DNA of 62,601 bases, counting the filler, from Chiloscyllium plagiosum (Eukaryota), in the NCBI RefSeq assembly GCF_004010195.1. It is 3 parts of one record of this genome, joined end to end, with 100 filler letters (N's around TTAATTAATTAA, not from the genome) between each part and the next. Parts side by side here need not be neighbours in the genome. Positions count along the whole stretch, not along the records: positions 1 to 28,958 come from NC_057714.1; positions 29,059 to 56,822 come from NC_057714.1; 1 more part is not named here. The stretch is one strand, 5' to 3'. The notes beneath the pieces were generated by a model. It was not told the DNA's origin and searched no databases. It saw only the letters and a program-made list of their open reading frames with translations. Positions within the stretch are counted from its first letter, which is position 1. Every line of letters begins with the position of its first letter. Below, one piece after another: positions 24,995-36,928 of the stretch. The translations under genes and the position numbers were made by a program.

Positions 24995-25810
24995 GAAGTC
25001 ACATGACACCAGGTTATAGTCCAACAAGTTTATTTTAAATCACAAGTTTTCGGAGCACGACTGCTGCGTCAGGTAAAGTGGAGGGAAGCACACCTCCTTT
25101 CCACGAGGACCATTCCCTTCAACAGTCCTTGGTTAGCACCACTCTCCCCACCAACATCCCCCCAAAACCCCCAGGTACCTTCCCCTGCAACTTGAAAGGA
25201 TACAAAACCTGCTGGTACATCATACATCCCCCCTCACCTCTATCCAGGTCCCCAAAAAGTCCTTCCAGGTGAGACAGAAGTTCACCTGCCTCTCATCCAA
25301 CCTAGTTTACTGCATCAGGTGCTCTTGATGTGGTCTTCTCTACATCAGAAAACCAAACATAATCTTAGAGAACAGTTCGCTGAGCATCTCAGCTGGGCCC
25401 GCTGGGGCCGAGCTGAACTCCCATTCATCACCCTTGACCTCCTCCATTGCCACAATGGACCAAACCGCAAATTGGAGGAACAACACCTCATCTGCCACCT
25501 GGTCAGAGTTCTCCAATTTCAAATAGAGTCCACTCCCAGTCTCTCCTCTTCCTCCCTGCCACCAACCAGATTCATTCCTCCCATTGACCAACCAGGTCGA
25601 ACCCTCCACCTGTCTTCATCTATCCCCACTTCACCACCCTGCCCCCTCCATCCCCTTTATGTGCAGCTCCCCCTACGCCCATCCCTCCTCCTGAAGACTT
25701 ACACCCAAAACGTTGATTTCTCTACCTCCTGATGCTGCCTGGCTTGCTGTGCTCTTCTAACCTTCTGCCTGTCTACTTTGAATTTCAGTACCTGCAGTTT
25801 TTTTTGTCCC
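24995..25810. mobile_element. Decayed PLE: minus-strand family D pLTR (24995-25075) next to a plus-strand GIY-YIG/3' fragment
   Basis: CACCAGGTTATAGTCCAACA shared with 56459-56478; PGTFPCNLKGYKTC; KLEEQHLI. Confidence 0.7.
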
Positions 25811-25859
25811 TTGACCTTCGTTCAAACATGGACAAAAAAGAGTTGATTTCCAGAGGGGA

Positions 25860-26340
25860 GGTGAGTGACAGCCCTTGATATCAAGGTCACACGTGCAACA
25901 TTAAAGAGCCCTAGCAAATGGGAATCAGGTGTAGAACTGGTTGCAGTCAGAACTGGCATATAAAAAGATGGTTGCAGGCAATGGAGATCAGCCATGTCAC
26001 CTCTGGGACATTGGTGCAGGAACTCAAGTTGGTGTCCTTGATCAAATCATCTGCTGTAATGACTTTCCCTCTATCATAAGATCAGAAGTGGGAAGTTTGC
26101 CCATAATTGTGTAATGATCAGCACCATCTGACTTCTCAGATGCTGAAGCAGTCCATGACCAAATGCAATGAGGCCTGGACAATATCAAGGTTTGTGCTGA
26201 GATGTGGAAAGTGACATTCATGCCACATAAGTGCCACGCAATCACCATCACCTTGAGTAGAGAATCTAGCCATCACTCCTTGCCATTTAGTATTACAATT
26301 GCTGAATCCTCCACTATCATCATTGAGGTTCCCACTGAAC
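25860..26340 (+). mobile_element. LINE family B RT fragment
   Basis: Homologous to the reverse complement of 42900-43400. Confidence 0.65.
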
Positions 26341-27505
26341 AGGCGGCAGTGCTATTTATCCATTTATGGTTAATTATACAGCTTCTACTTTTACAGGCTA
26401 TTACTACCATAGACAGGTATTTGATACATGTGCTGAATGTTAACACAAGGTCAATCCCAGTACTTCTGCTTGCTTATTGGTAGTGTTGGACAGTACTAGG
26501 CTGGGCGCCAAATCCAAGGGTTGAAAGATTTGTGACCCCATGTTAAAGGTTATGATCATCCTGAAGTACCATGATGCCTGGTGCCTCAGCACACAAAATA
26601 GAGCTACTCATGGATCTTTCGAGAAAGACAGCTAAGAATTTTCTTTGCTAATATTCAATTTTATATCTGGTATGCAACTGTGCATTAATTTCTCTACAGA
26701 ATCAAAACCCAAACTGTCTTTGTATCTGAAAGAAGACTAGTTATGTTCATTTGTTTTTGTAAGGTTTGAGGGAACCACTCAAATTGTTTTTGGTAAAAGG
26801 AATAGTCCAACTGGGTGGATGAGTACGTAGCCCCCCCAGCAAATTAACAGATAGACTAAAAGACAACTGAAGAAATCTGGTGACCTATACAGTCTGTCTT
26901 GCATTATACCTTTCACCCTTGACTAACTGGAACATAAATACAGGGTAATATAGTTTACAGTGTGAAGGAAAGTGACAATGCTGATCCCTGGTTTGACAAA
27001 ATTGTACAATGTCCCTGATGACAAAAGAATCAGATAGTGCATGTGAAATCTGTTTGAAAAACCAGCCAGTCACCATAATTTGGAATCTGGAAGGTTGGTG
27101 ACATGCAAGTAAATACAATAGTAAGTTTCAAGAGGAAACTGTACTTCTACCCAAAAAGTGCAGATCCTTAAAGAAACAGCAGGGTTGAGGGATTTCATAG
27201 CAGTTCTTTCAAAAAGCCAGCACAGGCAGCTTGGACAAATGGAATCTTTTTTTTGTCCAATCATAAAGAGATTACACATGAGCAGATGTTCAGTATATCT
27301 TAAAGAAGGATTCAAATATGGGAAAAAAATGGCCATGCAAAATGTTAAAGACAAAAACCAATCTCAGGGGAAACCAGCACTCAAAGTTTACCCTGATGTT
27401 AGTTGTGTCAGAGAAGGTATACCATTTTGCTCTATATAAATAAAAGGGTGAAAGAGTAACAAAATGAAAATAGCAGTATATAATGTATTTATTTTACCAC
27501 AAAAT

Positions 27506-28019
27506 GGGGCGGCACAGTGGCTGCAGTCAGTACTGCTGCTTCACCCAGGGAGGGACCCAGGTTCAATTCCAGCCTTGTGCCACTGCCTATGTAGAGTTTT
27601 GTCCCACAGTCCAAAAATGTGCAGGTGAGGTGGACTGGCCATGATAAATTGCCCATTGTGTCCAGGAACGTATAGACCAGGTGGATGAGCCATGGGAAAT
27701 GCAGGGTTACAAGGATAGGGTAGGGGGGAGGGTCTGGGTGGGATGCTCTTCAGAGAAAGTGAGGACTGCAGATGCTGGAGATCAGTGTCAAAAAGTGTGG
27801 TGCTGTAAAAGCACAGCCTGTCCGGCAACATCTGAGGAGGAGAGTCAACGTTTCAAGCATAAGCTCTTCATCAGGAATAAATCTTCCTAATGAAGAGCTT
27901 ATGCTCGAAACATCAACTCTCCTGCTCCTCGGATACTGCCTCAATGCCAGCTGTTTTTATAGCCAGTATGCACTTGTAGGGCTGTATGGTTTGTTTCCAC
28001 ACTTAGGGATTCTATTCTA
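27506..28019 (+). mobile_element. HE1-type SINE interrupted by a PLE palindrome
   Basis: GGGGCGGCACAGTGG head; resumes near 27963 and ends GGGATTCTATTCTA. Confidence 0.8.
27753..27962. mobile_element. Fold-back PLE pLTR pair (GAGC stem II variant)
   Basis: Minus-strand HHR 27843-27878 (CTGATGA-A-GAGC-TTAT-GCTT-GAAACGTT); mutated plus-strand copy from 27886. Confidence 0.8.
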
Positions 28020-28624
28020 TTAAAAACGCCTTTACAGAAGCAAATTTGTAAACACGCTGCTCCTGCAAGTATGCAATAGGAAAATCATATCAGTGAAGTT
28101 TTGATGATGCCTACTTTTGGTAAAGTTGATCTACCAACTATATATGGAATAAAAGGCTGCTCTCCACCCCTCACATTGTCAGAGAAAACGTACATGCTCA
28201 TTTTGGAAGCAGCCTGTTGCAAAGCCTAAACACCCACTGCATAAAAGTATTTCACGTTGCTTCTGATTCCTTTGTTAATATCTTTAAGTATATTTCCTTT
28301 GGTTGTTAACACTTGAGACATTGAAAATATTTTATATTTTTATTCTACCTAACTTCTAACCTACAATAAAAACAGTAAAGCTGGTGGACACAGACAGTAG
28401 TGACTGTAGAGCTAAAGAGGGGAAGTTCTGTCGGAAGACAGTACAAATATGAACGAATACACGCTCTGCCTTGCAGAAGGTTACAACCACAGATAAGAGC
28501 TGAGACTGAGGCAGAATCAAAGAAGAAATTAATTCAGTTTGATCAAGAAATGAAGCTAGCTGTTTCACTCTGCTATTATGCAACAGTAAGATGAGTGATG
28601 ATTGCCACTAACAAGAAACTAAAG

Positions 28625-28958
28625 GACTTTGTGCCCATCACACAAATGATACTAAATGAATATTTTGCATCAGTATTTACTGTGGAAAAGGATATGGAAG
28701 ATATAGACTGTAGGGAAATAGATGGTGACATCTTGCAAAATTTCCAGATTACAGAGGAGGAAGTGCTGGATGTCTTGAAACGGTTAAAGGTGGATAAATC
28801 CCCAGGACCTGACCGGGTGTACCCGAGAACTCTGTGGGAAGCTAGAGAAGTGACTGCTGGGCCTCTTGCTGAGATATTTGTATCATCGATAGTCACAGGT
28901 GAGCTGCCGTAAGACTGAAGGTTGGCAAACATGGTGCCACTGTTTAAGAAGGGTGGTA
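28625..28958 (+). mobile_element. CR1 ORF2 fragment running into the gap
   Basis: ILNEYFASVFT..KVDKSPGPDRVYPRTLWEARE. Confidence 0.88.
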
Positions 28959-29058
28959 NNNNNNNNNNNNNNNNNNNNNNNNNNNNNNNNNNNNNNNNNN
29001 NNTTAATTAATTAANNNNNNNNNNNNNNNNNNNNNNNNNNNNNNNNNNNNNNNNNNNN
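28959..29058. other. Assembly gap or artificial linker (N44-TTAATTAATTAA-N44)
   Basis: Exactly 100 bp with a six-frame-stop 12-mer at its centre; identical to 56823-56922. Confidence 0.95.
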
Positions 29059-29145
29059 AGAAGGGCTTATGCCCGAAACGTCGATTCTCCTGCTCCTTGG
29101 ATGCTGCCTGACCTGCTGTGCTTTTCCAGCAACACATTTTTCAGC
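29059..29145 (+). mobile_element. PLE pLTR family A (cut by the gap)
   Basis: AGAAGGGCTTATGCCCGAAACGTCGATTC...CATTTTTCAGC. Confidence 0.85.
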
Positions 29146-30091
29146 TTGGAAGCCAGAACCTGCTGATTCAGAGGTAAGTGTACTCCCAGTCGAACCACAC
29201 CAAACAACATCAAATCACATGAAAATTAAATCATTTAAAGAAATGGGCACGATTGTTCTCAATTTCCAGATTGCATTAATTAATACAAATTCAGAAAAGC
29301 TCAATCATTATAGAAAGCTAGAGGGCCGATATAATGTAGTTTCACCAGGGTGATACCATGGCTAATTAACTATAGATGCAAGAAGAGACTTGAAATACTG
29401 GGAAAGCTTAAAAGATTTATGAGGATTGCATTTAAAAAATCAGAACCTTTTTGGGGGAAATAGGAAAAAAAATGTTCTTTTAGTTGAAAGGTGAGGTTAA
29501 TGATGTTGTCAATTTAAATCTATTAGACAAAAAAACAAAAAAATGTTCTTTTAGTTGAAAGGTGAGGACCAGTTACCTTAATTGTCCTAATATATAACAA
29601 TTGTCACAGAGAGTGGCGAAGGCAGCATTTATTCCAATTTTGATGAGAAAAGAGGATATGTTTTGAAGCAAAAGATATGTGCTCACATAGCAGGGCTACA
29701 AAATTAATAATGTACTGTGCTAACAATGATGCAGCATACAAATGATGGGCCAAATGGACCTATTCTGTGCTGTGATCTTTAATTATTCATCAGAGTTAGT
29801 ATCACATATTATTTTCACATCACTAATTTTATAATGCCTTTAAATATTCTGGCTTTTTTTTCTTTTTGTGTTGTAACCTGAAAATAATGATGTCACTGCT
29901 GAAATGCTTTCAGGATATTTAGAAGACACAATTGCAAGGAACATTCCTGCCAGCTTTTTGTTTAAGACTTAGACTTGCTCGTGTGCAAGCAAGCCAGGAA
30001 TTTCTGTTGTCCTGTTGACAATTTTAATTACATTTAAATATCCTGTAATGTGTCACAGATGGAGCAGGTTACCATCTCCCTGTTTGCTTAC

Positions 30092-30148
30092 TTGTTTTGT
30101 TCTACCTCTCCTGCGATTTTGATTCAAATGAAGGGAGTTGGACATCAT
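30092..30148 (-). CDS. Candidate short first coding exon of an unidentified host gene (MMSNSLHLNQNRRRGRTKQ)
   Basis: Unique-looking sequence; ATG at 30148, 19 codons, phase-0 donor CAA|GTAAGC; no homology recognised. Confidence 0.2.
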
Positions 30149-30368
30149 GACCAGCCTCCTCAGATCCTGTCAGTGCTGGTCCTGGTGTATTGATGAAGTG
30201 CAGACAACCGTCCTGGCATCTTTTCTGAACTTGGTCCAAATCAACACAGTGATGATCCATGAATAGAGCAGAGGAGCAGGGGTAGCCTTATGCGCTGACA
30301 GGATTAACTAGAGGCTACAGTAAGTAACTTCATATCCCAGAGGAAGATGGAAAATTAAGGAGCTAACA

Positions 30369-31922
30369 GGTAGTTGGATAGTTCGCCAAGCTGCTGGGTT
30401 ATTGTACAGACTCTTCGTGACCATGCAGGGTAATGTTGTCAGTGTGACTTCAGTAAAGAGCTGTTGTTCCATCCTGCTTGGTTTTTATGTGGGTCTGGTC
30501 TGTTGGGGTAATGCCACTTCTAGGTCCTCTCTGCAGCAGTTTGTATACTGGGTATATCTCTGTGTTTGTTGTTGGCCTTTTTGGTAGAAAACCAGGCTTC
30601 CAAGAGCTCTCTTGTCTTTCTCTGATTGGCTTGTCCTAGAATGCTTATGTTGTCATAGGCGAATTGATGGCCCTCTTGGTCTATGTGTATGGAGATGAGG
30701 GACAGTGAATCATGTCATTTAGTTGCCAATTGGTATTCACAAAGTCAGATGGCTCGTATTCTTCCTGTTTGTGGGATGTAGTGCTTGTTGTAGTTGTTGC
30801 AAAGGATTTTGTATATTGCATTGATCCTACACGCTGTGGGTATAGGGTCCTTTATCCTGGTAAGTAGTGGGCGTAGTGGGGCTATTGGTTGGTGTACTAC
30901 CATAATACCTAGTGGTTGTAACAGCCTGGTTGTTAGTTCTGATATGTTCTTCACATAGGGTAGGGTGGCTAGTGTGTTGGTAGGAAGAATGTCTTCTTGG
31001 CATTGTCTGTTGGACAGGTATCAACGGACAAAGCTGATGAGGTATCCCTTGTTAAAGTGTTCTTCCTCTTCTTGTGCAATTCTGGTATGTTGCAGTGTGT
31101 CATGGCTCTTTGCAAAGCGTCCTGACACAGCTCCGTTTGGGGACATTGGAGTGGTTGCTGTTGTAGTTTAGGATCTGGTCCTTGTGGGCGGCCTTCCTGT
31201 ATACGTTGGTTGTAAATCTCCCATTGGTCATCTGTTCCGCCATGATATCTAGGAATGGGAGTTGGTTGTTGTTCTTTTTCTTGTAAACTTGATGCCAGTG
31301 AGTACACTTAATGAGGTGGTGTGTTTCCTCTAGTTTTGTATGTTTGATGATGACAACATGTGTCATCCACGTATCGTATCCATAGTTTCGGTTGGATCGG
31401 TTGTACGATTGGGTTTTCTAGTCTCTGCATGACTGTTTCTGGGAGAGCCCATTGGTGTGCCATTGATTTGTTGATATATCTGGCCATTGAAGACAAAATT
31501 GGTGGTGAGGCATAAGTCTAGTAGCTGATGGTGTTGCTTGCAGTCATTGTTTCTGGATCCTAGTGGTGTGGCGACTGTTTCCTTGATTAGTGGTATACCA
31601 ATGGAGGTAAATGGAGCCATGATATTGAATGCCAAACACAGACATACCAGAGAATTTTTGGAAGGCTAGCTTTCAACCAAAAAAGGCCATCAACAAATAC
31701 CGAGATAGACCCAGTGTCCAAACTGCTACAGAGAAGATCCTGAAGTGATACTCACCCCAACAGATCAGATCCACATAAAAACCAAGTGGGACACAACAAC
31801 AGCGTTTCATGATGATGTTACCCAGGATGGTAATGAAATGTCTGCATGATAATCGAGCAGCTTGGCCAGCGAACCAACCACCTCATCCACACCCCGAGCT
31901 ATAGAGCTTCACAAAAACCTTA
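30369..31922 (-). mobile_element. Older Penelope/Poseidon-type element with inverted pLTR
   Basis: LCLTTNFVFNGQIYQQINGTPMGSP, PKLWIRYVDDT, LPFLD; inverted plus-strand pLTR 31635-31922; 12-bp TSD AAGGAGCTAACA (30357-30368, 31923-31934). Confidence 0.88.
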
Positions 31923-32185
31923 AAGGAGCTAACAATTAGGTGCAGGAACAGTAATGTCCCCTTCTCCAGATAAGGATGTGAAGGTATGTTATGGGGACCA
32001 TTTTCTGGGACTTGATTTGCAGTATAACAGGTGTTATGAAGATGTGGATTTACTGTACCTTTAAGAAAGTTAAAAGCTAGCAGAACTACCTGAGAGCACC
32101 AAGTGTTCTGAACAAGATATAATGTAACCTTTAGGTCCAGCAGTTAGTGTAGTTGGTTGCCTGGAAACAAAAACAAATTTGAATT

Positions 32186-34339
32186 TTGGATTAGGTTTGC
32201 TCACTGAGCTGGAAGGTTCATTTTCAGATGTTTCGTCACCATACTAGGTAACTTCTTCAGTGAGCCTTCTGACAAAACACTGCTGATGATTTCTGCTTTC
32301 TATTTATATGTTTGGGTTTCTTTGGGTTGGTGATGTCATTTCCTGTGGTGATGTCGTGTCCTGTTCTTTTTCTCAGAGGATGGTAAATGGGGTCGAAGTC
32401 AATGTGTTTGATGATAGAGTTCCGGTTGGAATGCCATGCTTCTAGGAATTCTCGTACGTGTCTTTGTTTCACTTGTCCTAGGATGCATGTGTTGTCCCAA
32501 TCGAAGTAGTGTCCTTCCTTATCTGTATGTAATGATATTGGTGAAAGTGGGTTATGTCATTTTGTGGCTAGTTGGTGTTCATGTATTCTGGTGGCTAGTT
32601 TTCTGCCTGTTTGTCAAATGTAATGTTTGTTACAGTTCTTGCACGATATTTTGTAAATGACATTAGTTTTGTTTGTTGTCTGTATAGGGTCTTTCAAGTT
32701 CATTAGCTGCAGTTTTAGTGTGTTGGTGGGTTTATGTGCTACCATGATGCTAAGGGGTCTGAGTAGTTTGGCGGTCATTTCCAAGATGTCTTTGATGTAG
32801 GGGAGAGTGGCTAGGGTTTCTGGACATGTTTTGTCTGCTTGTTTGGATTTGTTGCTGAGACATCGGCAGACTGTGTTCATTGGGTACCCAATCTTTTTGA
32901 ATAAACTGTACAGGTGATTTTCCTCTGCTCTGCGTGGTTCCTCTGTGTTGCAGTGTGTGATGGCTCGTTGAAATAATTTCTGATGCAGTTTCATTTGTGG
33001 GTGTTGGAACGATTGTTTCTGTAGTTCAATATTTGGTCCGTATGTGTTGTTTTCCTGTAGATGCTGGTTTGAAGTTCCCCATTGGCTGTTCGCCTTTACT
33101 GTGAATGGTAGTTTGTTATTATTTTCCTCCTCTTTAGTGAATTTTATGCCAGTAAGGGTATTATTGATAGTCTTGAAGGTTTCCTCTAATTTGTTTCGTT
33201 TAGTGATGACAAAGGTGTGATCCACGAAGCGGACCCAAAGTTTGGGTTGGATGGTTGGCAGAGCTGTTTGCTCGAGTCTCTGCATGACTGCCTCTGCTAA
33301 GAACCCTGATATCGGAGATCCCATGGATGTTCTGTTGGTTTGTCTGTAGGTTTTGTTGTTGAAGGTGAAGTGGGTGGTAAGGCATGGGTCAATTAGCTTG
33401 GCGATACTGCCCTTGCTGATGAAGTTGGTGGTGTTTGGTCCTTCTAATAGTGTAGTCAGTGTTTGCTTGGCCAGATGGATGTTGATTGATGTGAACAGGG
33501 CTGTTACATCGAAGGAGACCATTATTTCATCCTCTTCTATCTTGGTGTCTTCAGGTATTCTTGGATGGAGTGGATGGAGCAGCGAGAGTTTTCTACTAAG
33601 TGTTTTAGTCTTTGGTGTAGTTCCTTGGCCGATCTGTAAGTTGGTGTTCCAGGTAGCGAGACTATGGGTCTGCACCACACACTACAGCACAGAGGAACTA
33701 CGCAGAGCAGAGAAAAAAACACCTGTATTAAAAAACAATGGCTACCCAATAAATACAGTCCGCCCATTTCTCAGCAACAAACTCAAACAAGCAGACAAAA
33801 CACATCCAGAAACCCTAGCCACTCTGCCCTATATCAAAGACATCTTGGAAATGACTGCAGACTACTCAGACACCTTAGCATCATGAAATTAGCCACCAGG
33901 ATACATGGACACCAACTAGCCACAAAATGACATGACCCTCTCTCACTAGTATCCTTACATACAGATAAGGAAGGACACCACTTCGACTGGGACAACACAT
34001 CCATCTTAGGACAAGCCAAACAGAGACACGCAGAGAATTCCTAGAAGCATGGCATTCCAGCCAGAACTCTATCAACAAACACATTGACTTCGACCCCATT
34101 TACCATCCCCTGAGAAAAAGAACGGGAAATAACATCACCAAAGGAAATGTCATCACCAACCCAAGGAAACCCAAACACATAAATAGAAGGCAGGAATCAT
34201 CAACAGTGCTTCATCCAGAGGCTCACTGAAGATGTTACATAGTATGGTGATGAAACATCTGAAAATGAACCTTCCAGCTCAGCGAGTAAATCTACATCCA
34301 GAACCTCAACCTGAGCTACAAATCTTCTCAAAACTCGCT
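32186..34339 (-). mobile_element. Penelope/Poseidon-type PLE: minus-strand RT-GIY-YIG body plus inverted plus-strand 3' copy
   Basis: ORF 32614-33678: MVSFDVTALFTSI..SMGSPISG..WVRFVDHTFV..NVIYKISCKNCNKHYI; strand switch near 33670; HHRs at 32224-32263(-) and 34223-34262(+); 14-bp TSD AACAAATTTGAATT. Confidence 0.93.
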
Positions 34340-34867
34340 AACAAATTTGAATTAGGTCAATCATTTTAAATTATACACCCACCCAAAAAAACCAAACGCC
34401 AATCAAGTTTGAATTTAGTGTATTGATAATATTAATAGCCAATGACACAATGCTTTGGGAGTATAAGACTTGGAAAAATTGAACAGTTGGGAGAGAACTG
34501 CCAAAAGACCAACAGATGTAGGCTGCTAGTCAGAACTCTCCGAGAGGTACTTGTCTAGAGAAAGGGTTTGCACAGAGAAAAACATCAATACCGACCTGGA
34601 GAGCAAATCTACAGAAGAAGATAAAGAGAAGATTTGACCACTGGCTGGTTTTGAAATTCGAATTTTTCAGTAAATCTGAATTGGGGTTTTATTGGAATAG
34701 TATTATAGAAGGGAAAATAAAAGATAGGTTCAAGGAAGGAGTTGTAAATAGTTGTTATTCTCTGTTATGTTTTAAGAAATAAAGTAGTTAACTTTTACTT
34801 TAAATAGTTCTTGGTCTCTCAAATTTTCATAGATTACTGCACGGGGTAAGTCTTTTCTGTGTTTGTG

Positions 34868-35022
34868 GTTTACATTAAGCAGGAAGGCTTTATCTTATGA
34901 CGTGATAGTTTACATTAAGGAGGAGGGGTTACCCCGTGACGTAACGGTTTACATTAAGGAGGGGTTTACCCCGTGACTTAACATTTTACATTAAACAGGA
35001 GTGTTTACCCCGTGACTTAACG
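34868..35022 (+). repeat. Four tandem ~38-bp copies of the LTR terminal segment
   Basis: GTTTACATTAAG(C/G)AGGAGGGTTTACCCCGTGACGTAAC units starting at 34868, 34908, 34947 and ~34984. Confidence 0.85.
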
Positions 35023-35153
35023 GTTTGGGGGGATTGTCCAGAAGGAAAGGTGAAATGAAGGAATCAGTGTCATTGCAAATGCCCTTTTCCTTTGAGTGAT
35101 TATAACTATTATGGTTGTTTAACAATTAAAACTAGTGAATATCAAAAAAAAAC

Positions 35154-35867
35154 TGTTACGTCACAGGGTAAACCCTCCTGCTTAATTTAAACCAGCAACA
35201 TAGAAAAATTTATCCCATACAGTAATCTGTGAAAATTAAAGAGGCCAAGAACAATTTAAAGTAAAAATTAACTACTTTATTTCTTAAAGTATAACAGAGA
35301 ATAATTAACTGGCAACTATTTACAACTCCTTCCTCTAATCTATCTTTTACTTTCCCTTCTATAACTCTAGTCCAATAAACCCCCGATTACGATTTACCGA
35401 AAAATTCAAATTACAAAACCAGCCAGCGATTGAATCTTCTCTTCATACCTTCCTTGGTAGATTTGCTCTCCAGGTCAGTGTTGATGCTTTTCTCTATGCA
35501 AACTCCTTCTCTAGACAGGTACCTCTCAGAGTTCTGATTAGTAGCCTATATCTGTTGGTCTATTGGCGTTCTCTCCTAACTGTTCAATTGTTCCTGGTCT
35601 TATACTCCCAAAGCATCGGATTGTGTCATTGGTTTTTAATATTGTCAATATATTAAATTCAAACTTGATTGGAGTTTGGTATTTTTTGGGGTATAATTTA
35701 AACTGATTGGGCTAATTCAAATTTGTTTTTGTCTCCAGGCAACCAGCTACCCTCACTGCTGGACCAAAAGGTTACATTGTGTCTTATTCAGAACACTTGG
35801 TGCTGTCAGGTAGTACTGCTGGCTTTTAACTTTCTTAAAGGTACAGTATACCCATATCTTCATAACA
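35154..35867 (-). mobile_element. Gypsy-type LTR (right; complete, inverted relative to the left LTR)
   Basis: Reverse complement starts TGTTATGAAGATATGGG and ends GTGACGTAACA; roughly 90% identical by eye to the left LTR. Confidence 0.85.
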
Positions 35868-36343
35868 CAGGTTAATGTAAATATACAAATAAGAACATTT
35901 ACATCATCTTGACTATCTTCTAAGCAATTAAAAAGAGACAGTAAATCCTGGCCTGGACAGCAATGCCCACATCCCATGAATGAATTTTTAAATCTTTTAT
36001 AATTGGCTCTAGCAGCTTTTCCAACTACCAATGTCTAGTTAGCTGGTCTATAATTCCCTGCTTTCTCTCTACCTCCATTTTTAAATATGAGATTACATTA
36101 GTTAGCTTCCAAACCATAGGGTCAGTTGTGGAGTCAATAGAATCTTTAAAAATGGCCTCTAATGCATCCACTATCTCTTGGCCCTGTTCCTTTACTAATC
36201 TGGGAGGTAGATTATTGGGCCCTGGGGATTTATTGACCAAAAGCATTCCCTACTAATACTGGTTTCCTTCAGCTCCTCCCTTTCACATTTTTTGGGATGT
36301 TGTTTGTGAGGAGAGAACCACAGTATTAGATTAGATTAGATTA

Positions 36344-36655
36344 GTGGGCGGCACGGTGGTTAGCACTGCTGCCTCGCAGCGCCTGAGATCCGGGTTCAAT
36401 TCCCGCCTCAGGCGACTGACTGTGTGGAGTTTGCACATTCTCCCCGTGTCTGCGTGGGTTTCCTCCAGGTGCTCCGGTTTCCTCCCACAGTCTAAAGATG
36501 TGCAGGTCAGGTGAATTGGCCATGCTAAATTGCCTGTAGTGTTAGGTAAAGGGTAAATGTAGGGGAATGGGTGGGTTGCGCTTCGGTGGGGCGGTGTGGA
36601 CTTGTTGGGCCAAAGGGCCTGTTTCCACACTGTAAGTAACCTAATCTAATCTAAT
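36344..36655 (+). mobile_element. HE1 V-SINE, young
   Basis: GGGCGGCACGGTGG..GGGTTCAATTCC..V-domain..(CTAAT)n tail. Confidence 0.92.
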
Positions 36656-36928
36656 TACTTAGTGGGGAAACAGGCCCTTCGGCCCAACAAGTCCACACTG
36701 ACCCTCTGAAGAGAGACCCACCCAGACCCATTCCTCTACATTTACCCCTTCACCTAACACTCACCTAACTTGCACATCTTTGGACTGTGGGAGGAAACCA
36801 GAGTACCTGGTGGAAACCCACGCAGACACGGGGAGTATGTGCAAACTCCACACAGATAGTTACCTGAGGCGGGAATTGAACCCAGGTCTCTGGTGCTGTG
36901 AGGCAGTAGTGCTAACCACTGTGCCACC
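36656..36928 (-). mobile_element. HE1 V-SINE, tail-to-tail with the previous copy
   Basis: Reverse-complement HE1; its (TTAGA)n tail lies at 36326-36343, on the far side of the plus copy. Confidence 0.88.

Larger units (their letters stand above)
32032..35022 (+). mobile_element. Gypsy-type LTR (left; split by a PLE at 32186-34339; 3' end tandemly amplified)
   Basis: TGTTATGAAG start, TATA-like near 34461, AATAAA near 34778, PBS-like TTTGGGGGGATTGTCC after the end. Confidence 0.8.

Noticed and set aside
28400..28594. 64-codon ORF ending near CA|GTAAGA
   Set aside because: No convincing acceptor or ATG start and no recognisable protein similarity.
28959..29058. TTAATTAATTAA palindrome within Ns (also 56867-56878)
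   Set aside because: Centred in exact 100-bp gaps with stops in all six frames: an artificial join linker, not biology.
32614..33678. 354-aa RT ORF as an active gene
   Set aside because: The catalytic YVDD reads FVDH, there are internal frameshifts, and its N-terminus comes from the inversion junction; a dead PLE copy.
36344..36420. tRNA-like head with A and B boxes as a tRNA gene
   Set aside because: It continues into the V-domain and CR1-derived tail, so it is a SINE head.
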